Below are positions 57,080 to 64,000 of a stretch of 64,000 nucleotides of DNA, piece after piece. A program made the translations under genes and the position numbers. Position 1 is the first letter of the stretch; every line of letters starts with the position of its first letter. Origin of the DNA: a virus (taxonomy: Duplodnaviria; Caudoviricetes); IMG/VR virus record IMGVR_UViG_3300037249_001405, positions 64,001 to 128,000 of that record; one strand, written 5' to 3'. Under the pieces are notes generated by a model, which saw only the letters and a program-made list of their open reading frames with translations, did no database searches and had not been told where the DNA came from.

Positions 57080-58105
57080 TTACTCTCCTTCTTTATAATT
57101 CAAAAATTTATTTCTTTCTTCTCTTCTTCTTTCGTTTTCTTCCTTTATTCTATCGCCCTTTCTCTTAGCTCTTAATCCACTAGCTAAATATCCGAAACCG
57201 CTAGCTGCTGTATTAGCTGCTATATCCAGATTTCTATTGCTAGCATAAGTATTATAAGCAGCCTTTAAAGATTCCTTGCCTTGTTTCAAATATTTATCAC
57301 TAGCTCCAAGACCTTTCAACAATTTCATAGCTTCTTTTGAAGCTACTTTTTCATGATGAGTTCTTACAAAAGGTAATGCTATACCGAGAGCAGGTGCTAT
57401 TAAACTAGCCTTTCTTAATTTAACATCACCAGTATCTTCATCTACTTTAAATCCAGTAGCACCTGTAGCAACGCCAGGTATCATATGCATTCCAACTCTA
57501 GCTGCTATTTTTCCTGTTGAATCTTTCCCATCTCTACCTACCCTAAAAATATCTTTATGACCTGCCCTTTGAGTAATTTTAGGAAGTAATCCTGCTCTAT
57601 CTTTTTCTATGTTATAATGACCGAATTCATGGGCAACAACAGCGGCTGATGCATTTCTGCCTTCAGCAATCTTATATGGTTTTCCTCCAAATTTTTCCTG
57701 TTTGTAATCATCTATTGCTTTCTTTATATAATTTTCTGGAGGATTATCTATACCTGATTTTTTACATTCATTAATCAGGTGCTCTCTTAACTCCTTTTCA
57801 TTAAACCTACTAAAAACGGATTGATCACTATTTAGTCTACGAGTATGATGGAGTTCATCTATGGAATTTATTTTATCATTTAATTTCTCCCATAATTTTC
57901 TATCCTCTGGGGATTTTCTTAGATCAGTGTCTAATTTTGTAATCTTTTCTACTAACTTTTTATTTCTTGATCTATCAAATGTATCGGCTGCAAGGGCAGC
58001 ACTACCAGCTCCAAGTCCAGATAGACCATAAGTTAGTGTATTAGAACCTAAATCACTCTTCTTTTTATCCTCATCAGAATAATATCTTGTTAATCTAAAT
58101 ATCAT
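57080..58105 (-). CDS. HExxH metallopeptidase-like protein with MIFRLTRYYS leader
   Basis: VVAHEFGH, downstream HHEKVASKEA; glycine-rich hydrophobic segments. Confidence 0.8.
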   Translation of the reverse strand: MIFRLTRYYSDEDKKKSDLGSNTLTYGLSGLGAGSAALAADTFDRSRNKKLVEKITKLDTDLRKSPEDRKLWEKLNDKINSIDELHHTRRLNSDQSVFSRFNEKELREHLINECKKSGIDNPPENYIKKAIDDYKQEKFGGKPYKIAEGRNASAAVVAHEFGHYNIEKDRAGLLPKITQRAGHKDIFRVGRDGKDSTGKIAARVGMHMIPGVATGATGFKVDEDTGDVKLRKASLIAPALGIALPFVRTHHEKVASKEAMKLLKGLGASDKYLKQGKESLKAAYNTYASNRNLDIAANTAASGFGYLASGLRAKRKGDRIKEENERRREERNKFLNYKEGE

Positions 58106-58157
58106 AATCTATATAATTTTATTATATACAAAAATAAGAAAAATGAAGAAAAAAAAA

Positions 58158-58497
58158 TAGACCCCACCATTGCGTTGGAGTCTATTTCCGGGTAAATTGT
58201 GTTCTGTTTTATGGTATTTATCGGTTTCTTACTCACCTGATATAAAACAGCAACCTAAGCGGGATTCCCATTGCTAGCATCCGATATAGCCTGCTACAGA
58301 ACCTATTACTACACATCAGAATCAGCAAATACCAGCCAGTCCTTTCTGTGATTTTACTTAGGCATGCAGAACTACCTATAGACTACTCACCTTTCGGCTT
58401 CTTTGTATGTTTTACAATTCTGTCCCTATAGCGACCTCTTAAACCAATAACGTTAGCCTAGACTCCCTACCATTTTTCTAGGCAATATTACTGGAAA
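58158..58497 (-). ncRNA. Putative ~330-nt structured RNA ending in terminator
   Basis: ORF-free; GCCTAGA/TCTAGGC, GCCTAAG/CTTAGGT, CTGTTTTAT/ATAAAACAG helices. Confidence 0.55.
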
Positions 58498-58515
58498 CAT
58501 TAAAATTTTTAGTGA

Positions 58516-58734
58516 TTAAAATTCTTTATCTCCGATCTTAATTACGTAGCCCAATGAGTGAATAAGCTTGAAATACGTGTTTACTGTTGGGCATATTTTC
58601 TGGTTTTCAATCCTAGAAATGTAAGATTTATTACCTACTCCAGCCCTTTTAGCTAATTCCTCCTGAGTTACGTTTTTGTCCTCTCTTGCTTTTTTGAGAA
58701 CAGATCCATAATTTTGATCTGTAATAGTTGTCAT
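58516..58734 (-). CDS. XRE-family HTH regulator
   Basis: LKKAREDKNVTQEELAKRAGV...YISRIEN. Confidence 0.92.
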   Translation of the reverse strand: MTTITDQNYGSVLKKAREDKNVTQEELAKRAGVGNKSYISRIENQKICPTVNTYFKLIHSLGYVIKIGDKEF

Positions 58735-58752
58735 TTTTTTTTTATTAATTTA

Positions 58753-59112
58753 TTAGTTAATAAATTTTATGCCGTAAGCACAGCCTTTTTTAACAAGTTC
58801 AAACTGACCTTGAATAACACCAAAGCTCATATTCTTCACAACATTATCAAAGTCTGAGAATAATACGTCATAACTGAATTCGTTTTTATCTTTAAAAACG
58901 AATTGAATCCCTGATGTTGATCTCTTATTTACATAATCAAATTTTAAAGTGAGATTTAAGATACTACCAACGGGTAAGTAAGTAGTATCTTTCTCTCGTT
59001 CTGCATCAGTTTTCTTGTCATAGTATCCAAGATTGAGTAGTTTGTCCATGCTCGATCTGAATTCTACTATTTGACCTTTATAAACTCTAACTGTGTACGG
59101 ACTGTACGACAT
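58753..59112 (-). CDS. Hypothetical protein
   Basis: 119-aa ORF. Confidence 0.75.
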   Translation of the reverse strand: MSYSPYTVRVYKGQIVEFRSSMDKLLNLGYYDKKTDAEREKDTTYLPVGSILNLTLKFDYVNKRSTSGIQFVFKDKNEFSYDVLFSDFDNVVKNMSFGVIQGQFELVKKGCAYGIKFIN

Positions 59113-59716
59113 CTATGTTAAGTTTTAAAAGTTCATCAGCATCAATATAGTCAATCATAAAGTTTTCAGCCGTTTTAAGGTCTGAGTCTGAAAATTGACC
59201 GGGAAAACCAGAAGCATCACCAATCATAATCATATTTTGATTAGGAATTAGATGCTTACCAGTTTTTTCAACATACATAGCAAGACATTTCTGAAGCATG
59301 CCTGTGTTAGGTTTTCTACAGGGATCTTCCTTATCTTCTGTTGCTGAGTATTCACCATAAACATGAATCTTCAACCTGATTGAAATCATATTACAAATGG
59401 TTTCAAGTTTCTTTTTAAATTCCTCTTCCTTTACGAATCCTCGCGGAATACCGCCTTGATTGGATACGATAAAAAGGTAAATAGGATCAAAAATTTCTGC
59501 GATCTTATCAACAACGTCTTCTCTTAAAACCCAATCATCTACATTCTTTGGAAATACGTTACCTGATTTGGTTTTGATGAGTGTACCATCGAGATCAGCA
59601 AAAACTATTGTTCTCCTCAAATAGTCAAGAGGATTGTTGTACTTAATCAATCTACCACCATCATCAAATACTAAGCCATCGAAGGGGTGGATCATATCAT
59701 GCTTTATGTGTATCAT
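59087..59716 (-). CDS. HAD-IIIA polynucleotide 3'-phosphatase (PNKP phosphatase-like)
   Basis: DLDGTLIKTKSG..FP...DDW, SNQGG, RKPNTGM, IGDASG...SDSD. Confidence 0.92.
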   Translation of the reverse strand: MIHIKHDMIHPFDGLVFDDGGRLIKYNNPLDYLRRTIVFADLDGTLIKTKSGNVFPKNVDDWVLREDVVDKIAEIFDPIYLFIVSNQGGIPRGFVKEEEFKKKLETICNMISIRLKIHVYGEYSATEDKEDPCRKPNTGMLQKCLAMYVEKTGKHLIPNQNMIMIGDASGFPGQFSDSDLKTAENFMIDYIDADELLKLNIDVVQSVHS

Positions 59717-59719
59717 AAT

Positions 59720-60469
59720 TTATAATTTAACTACTTTAGTATTATTAGTATCTTTTTTGACTATGAATCTTTGAAGAATCATATCCTTTGTAATATCTGG
59801 ATCGGTTATTGGAAGTATGTTTAGCTTAACATCTTTTCCATAACTTGCATCCAAGAAACTCTCCTCACCTGTTTTGTTAGTGAATTTAGGTTGAGGGCTA
59901 GTGTAAATACAGCTGTCATCTGGTGCTATGATTGTAGGATCTTTTAAGATAACTGTTGTATTGTTGTTATTATCTTTATCAGTTCTTACAAACTCACCAA
60001 CAGCAAATGTCCTTCCTATAAAAACATTACTAGCTGTATTCATTAGAATGAGTGTTCCTGGTTTTATGTTTGAGAAGAAGTGATTATTAAATTCATTTAA
60101 ATCAGACTGTTCTTGTAATTCCTCTGTTTCTTCTTGCTCCTTTTCTTCTTCACCGTGAGTATCCCAAGAAGAATCTGTCATAGTTACACCTATTTCAGCA
60201 TAGAAATCCGCTTCAGCCTTCAGTGCATCTATTTCTGAATCTGGAATCCAAAAATCAGATTCACAATCTTCATCGTTATTTGGACAACAGGAATCGATTA
60301 TTTTATATAACCAATTAGGTGTCCAATCCATAACACAACTTACCTTACCATTGTAATAGCTCCATTCAGCAGCTACCCAATAGTTAGATCCGCTTTGGCC
60401 ATTACGAACATCTGGATCTTCTTGTTTAATCACACAGAATTTCCTTGGATACTTTCTGTTAATTGCCAT
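59720..60469 (-). CDS. Hypothetical protein
   Basis: 249-aa ORF. Confidence 0.8.
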   Translation of the reverse strand: MAINRKYPRKFCVIKQEDPDVRNGQSGSNYWVAAEWSYYNGKVSCVMDWTPNWLYKIIDSCCPNNDEDCESDFWIPDSEIDALKAEADFYAEIGVTMTDSSWDTHGEEEKEQEETEELQEQSDLNEFNNHFFSNIKPGTLILMNTASNVFIGRTFAVGEFVRTDKDNNNNTTVILKDPTIIAPDDSCIYTSPQPKFTNKTGEESFLDASYGKDVKLNILPITDPDITKDMILQRFIVKKDTNNTKVVKL

Positions 60470-60608
60470 TTTCTATTTTGGTATTATTATTAGTGTTATT
60501 TTCCTTTTGACTATCACCTGGACAGGCATAAGGGAGAATCATTATTGCCAACAAGAATAAAATTCCTGGTATGCAATATGTCCAATTGTTTCTAAGCCAG
60601 CTTCTCAT
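60459..60608 (-). CDS. Small single-TM or lipoprotein-like peptide (49 aa)
   Basis: Manually read MRSWLRNNWTYCIPGILFLLAIMILPYACPG...; fills operon gap exactly. Confidence 0.6.
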   Translation of the reverse strand: MRSWLRNNWTYCIPGILFLLAIMILPYACPGDSQKENNTNNNTKIENGN

Positions 60609-60610
60609 AA

Positions 60611-61144
60611 TTATTCCTTAAAGAAATCAATACATTTAAGGTTAATTTGTTTAAGAATCTCTTTGTATTCAAGATTTTTCCAGCTATTTCTTATTGAATC
60701 TAAATTAACCCTATGTAGCTTTTCATCGCTGTCTAAATAGAATAATTTTAATTCTACAACGGAATGAGGATAGCCATCATCTGAACAATCAGCCATTAAT
60801 CCTTTTTCACTCAAATATAGTACAATAAGTCCTGTAGATGATTCAAGATATTCTTCAGTAGCTTCTATTCCCCACTCTACTATTTCGGAGGATTCTTCAT
60901 CCGGACCATCATGTTCAGTTAAGTAATTACCGAACACTTCAGCTTTACCATCGAATCCTTTGAATGAAGGTGGAGTTGTTACAAAAGCTAATACGTTAAG
61001 TAACGTATCATCATTAAAGAATTCCTCTTCTGTCATAATAATTGGCTTAGAAGAGAAATCAGCGTCATTCATATCCCACATTATATGTCCGAAAACATGA
61101 CAACATAGTCTATGTGCGCTTTTTAAAAATTTTTCTTTTTCCAT
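60611..61144 (-). CDS. Hypothetical protein
   Basis: Start adjusted to MEKEKF. Confidence 0.75.
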   Translation of the reverse strand: MEKEKFLKSAHRLCCHVFGHIMWDMNDADFSSKPIIMTEEEFFNDDTLLNVLAFVTTPPSFKGFDGKAEVFGNYLTEHDGPDEESSEIVEWGIEATEEYLESSTGLIVLYLSEKGLMADCSDDGYPHSVVELKLFYLDSDEKLHRVNLDSIRNSWKNLEYKEILKQINLKCIDFFKE

Positions 61145-61167
61145 TTTATTTTTTTTTCTTATTGTTA

Positions 61168-61938
61168 TTAACAAGTATAGAAGTAATAGAAACTGTCGCA
61201 GGGAAATGAGAATAGGTCATCAACCTCTGAAGGCTCTAAATTTCGTATCTTATCAAATTTCGAATCTGAATAGTCAGTTCCGGAATCACCCCACAAACAT
61301 TCATCACGCATTGTGAATACGGCATACTTAAATGATCTTAATGTTATCATTTGAATTTTCGATAAGTTCGATATATTTACCTTATCCTCTACTCCATATC
61401 CATCTGTTTTCTTCTTAAAAGTATCTTTTAAGTTATACAGTAACTTAAGAAAACTATTAAGTAACTTAAAATATTTGAGAGATTGATTTGTTATTGAATT
61501 CTCATCAATTAATTCTTTTGAAGCCCATTCCTCAATTGAATTAAGATTTTTCCAAATATCAAAACTTAAAAATCCACGTAAACAACCGAAGATTTTTACT
61601 TCTCTTGCACAACTACCAAGTATAGAATTGATAGAAGTAATTATCTCTCCTTCACCTTTTCCGTTAAAGCAAGAAGGGTATGAGCCATAATTAAAGAAAT
61701 TCTCGTCTATTTTTGATAATTTTCCACAATCAATTACAGCTTCGTTAACTAAGAAATCATTATATCTCATTAATGTATCTGGATCAATTACTAAATTATT
61801 CTCTGTTAGTAATTCATCTGTAACTCTCTGAAGAGATTCAAATGTTTTATTAATCTCCTCTGGAGTTTTTATCTTATCACTGTTATTGATAGTTTCATCA
61901 AATACTGTGATGAAATTTTTTACTTTATCTTCTGCCAT
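61168..61938 (-). CDS. Hypothetical protein
   Basis: Start adjusted to MAEDKV downstream of leader. Confidence 0.8.
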   Translation of the reverse strand: MAEDKVKNFITVFDETINNSDKIKTPEEINKTFESLQRVTDELLTENNLVIDPDTLMRYNDFLVNEAVIDCGKLSKIDENFFNYGSYPSCFNGKGEGEIITSINSILGSCAREVKIFGCLRGFLSFDIWKNLNSIEEWASKELIDENSITNQSLKYFKLLNSFLKLLYNLKDTFKKKTDGYGVEDKVNISNLSKIQMITLRSFKYAVFTMRDECLWGDSGTDYSDSKFDKIRNLEPSEVDDLFSFPCDSFYYFYTC

Positions 61939-61954
61939 AATAATTTTTCTTGTT

Positions 61955-62031
61955 ATTATTAATATCATGAAAAATAAAAAATGAGTAATAATGCTTTTAT
62001 ACATTATTACTCATCTCAATTTCTAGGTTTT
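61955..62031 (-). promoter_or_regulatory. Promoter-hairpin-U-tract leader, copy 8
   Basis: AAAAACCTAGAAATTG; ATGAGTAATAATG/CATTATTACTCAT; TTTTTATTTTTCATGATATTAATAA. Confidence 0.8.
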
Positions 62032-62040
62032 TAGACTTTA

Positions 62041-62553
62041 TTATAGTTTTGTTATTGTTGCATTTTTCCAAAGATTACCCCTTTTTCTTACACCGGTTAA
62101 GATATCAATAGATCTCTTATAACGTTTATTCATACAATCATGAATTACGTATTTTCCAGTAAAAGAAGGGTTATTCGGTATATTAATAAAAACTGAATCC
62201 CCATATCTAAATGGACCTCCATTACTTTTAAGCATATCTTGTGATATCGCTATAAACTTAATAGAATCTCTATTTAGTGCTACAGTATCAATATGAGTTC
62301 CATCTGCTGTTATTAAAGGATTTCCCCAACACTGTTTGGGGTCTACTCTATAAATCGTAGCATACATTAATTTTATTGTGTTTTCATTGATGTAATGTTC
62401 TGCTAGAATTTCCTTTGGCTTTTCTTTTACCTTTCTTGATGTTATTACTGTCACTGATTCTGTTACTGACTGAATTTCTACTAAGAGATTTTTCTCATCC
62501 ACAATTGATCCTTGAAAAAATAACAAGAACAAAATTAATAAAAGTTTTCTCAT
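62041..62553 (-). CDS. 3D-domain (MltA-like) cell-wall protein with signal peptide
   Basis: MRKLLLILFLLFF; ITADG...IAISQD...YGD...HDCMNKRY..SIDIL. Confidence 0.85.
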   Translation of the reverse strand: MRKLLLILFLLFFQGSIVDEKNLLVEIQSVTESVTVITSRKVKEKPKEILAEHYINENTIKLMYATIYRVDPKQCWGNPLITADGTHIDTVALNRDSIKFIAISQDMLKSNGGPFRYGDSVFINIPNNPSFTGKYVIHDCMNKRYKRSIDILTGVRKRGNLWKNATITKL

Positions 62554-62670
62554 ATTTTTAAAATTATAGGAGTAATTTTTTAAAGAGGACCCCATGCAAC
62601 CTCTAAAAATAAAGAAACACCTATAGTCTCTTTATAACGTACTATAGGTGTTTGTAACTTTTTTTAATAT

Positions 62671-63741
62671 CTAATAATTAAGCAGAACGTTTGTATCCAA
62701 AAAATCAATACTACAAGCATCCGCAATTGACTTATCTGTTGAACCATATCCATTAGCTCCACCATTTGCACCAAGAAATACAACATCACTCAGTGAATAA
62801 CGATTATTCGTAGCTGTAAATATTCTATTTATTTCTTGATGTATTAGGTTTGAGGTATAACGATGATCATTATTTGGGGTTAAAAGGAACTGGCAATATC
62901 GACTATCTGATATTGTATGTTTCATAAATGTCATAACACACATTCTCAAATAATCTATTACACAAGCCATATCTCTAGATTGGTCCGATGGTCTTTTCTC
63001 ATTCAAAGATGTACTACATACCCAACCTCTAACTATTTCATTAGGTACTAATACATAAATAACATCTGCAGTTATCTTACTCATCTTAAACAAAACTTCT
63101 TTTCTTACATAAACGTCTGTTAGATCAGAAGGGGTTCTATTAATATATGTTAATCTTCCGTTATTAAACGAGCTAAAACTACATATAATTGTATCAATGA
63201 GACTACAAAAGACTATTTTCTTTGGAATAGTCTGGATATTATTATTGGGTTTGGAATTATTTGCACCCCAACTGCCCCAACCACTACCTGTTGTTCCTGG
63301 ACTATTATTAAATGCATTAAAGGAGTTGTTATTTCCTCCCCAAGACCAACCAGCTGAATTGTTGTTATTGTTATTACCCCAACTACTATAATTATTGTTA
63401 TTGTTACTATTCCAAATTGAACTTGACGGTGGAATGTAACTATTATTCTGGTTGCTTGTAAATCCAAAACTTCCAGGATTCCAATTATTAGTTTGCTGTT
63501 GTTGTGCTGATGGTGGACCAAAAATAGATCCAGTAGAACCACTACCTGTTGCAGATGTAGGGTTACCAAACGGTAATGTTGCAGTGGGCATTTGTTGTTG
63601 CTTATTTAATTCATTTTCCTCCTCTAATTTATCATCCATTCCAGGTGATATATCTTCGAAATCAATAATATCGTCATCAGAATCATCTGTAGTATCAACT
63701 ACTGTTGTTGAGACTCCGAATTCGTCTTCGCTTCCGAGCAT
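62671..63741 (-). CDS. Inactive PNKP-phosphatase paralog with acidic and N/G/W-rich disordered N-terminus
   Basis: C-half aligns by eye with 59087..59716 but CSLID replaces ADLDG; WGNNNNNNSAGWSWGG repeats. Confidence 0.7.
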   Translation of the reverse strand: MLGSEDEFGVSTTVVDTTDDSDDDIIDFEDISPGMDDKLEEENELNKQQQMPTATLPFGNPTSATGSGSTGSIFGPPSAQQQQTNNWNPGSFGFTSNQNNSYIPPSSSIWNSNNNNNYSSWGNNNNNNSAGWSWGGNNNSFNAFNNSPGTTGSGWGSWGANNSKPNNNIQTIPKKIVFCSLIDTIICSFSSFNNGRLTYINRTPSDLTDVYVRKEVLFKMSKITADVIYVLVPNEIVRGWVCSTSLNEKRPSDQSRDMACVIDYLRMCVMTFMKHTISDSRYCQFLLTPNNDHRYTSNLIHQEINRIFTATNNRYSLSDVVFLGANGGANGYGSTDKSIADACSIDFLDTNVLLNY

Positions 63742-64000
63742 TTTTTCCTCTTGTAATAATCGTTAATATTTCCCAATCTATACTTTGTTTTAGATTTTCC
63801 AAAAATCTTCTGACAATCACTTAAAGTTTGTGAAAAATCCTCGTTATCCAGAGATTTAAGTACTATTTCTTTTAAGAAAGTATATTGTGTAAGTCCTTTA
63901 TCTAACCAGATGTTAATTCCATCTGAAAAAACAAAGTCAACCAAATCAGAATTAACTATATCATATATAGCAACACTGATTCCCTTCTTATTATCATAAG
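63699..64000 (-). CDS. Hypothetical protein (5'-truncated by window)
   Basis: Frame stays open to the window edge. Confidence 0.65.
   Translation of the reverse strand, partial: YDNKKGISVAIYDIVNSDLVDFVFSDGINIWLDKGLTQYTFLKEIVLKSLDNEDFSQTLSDCQKIFGKSKTKYRLGNINDYYKRKKCSEAKTNSESQQQ

Overview
AT-rich 64-kb segment of a large (jumbo-type) tailed phage genome, read in the standard genetic code. The host is probably Bacteroidota (inference from a TA-N4-TG promoter core, Bacteroidota-style tRNAs and small ORF types typical of Bacteroidales phages). Most ORFs are hypothetical. Recognisable proteins: Tpt1/KptA (one intact, one degenerate), a PNKP-type 3'-phosphatase (one intact, one dead paralog with an N/G/W-rich region), an RlaP-like nucleotidyltransferase, a Clp/Hsp100 ATPase, a soluble AAA+/M41 protease, an SF2 helicase, IF-1, an EF-Ts N-domain protein, an ABC exporter, a 3D-domain protein, an XRE regulator and a possible portal. 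The RNA content is unusually rich: 20 canonical tRNAs, one of them a tRNA-Leu(UAA) split by an HNH-encoding group I intron. There are also two circularly permuted tRNA-like (YrlA/Y-RNA-like) elements, two aberrant tRNA-like RNAs, a probable GOLLD RNA, a second ~710-nt structured RNA and several smaller structured intergenic RNAs. Two further repeated signals stand out. One is a promoter + hairpin + TTTATTTTTC leader found in at least 8 copies with covarying stems. The other is a shared N-terminal peptide (MILYRTKYYS / MILYRTKNYG / MIFRLTRYYS) on three dispersed proteins, two of which carry HExxH metallopeptidase motifs. Family assignments rest on motif recognition by eye; no database searches were run.
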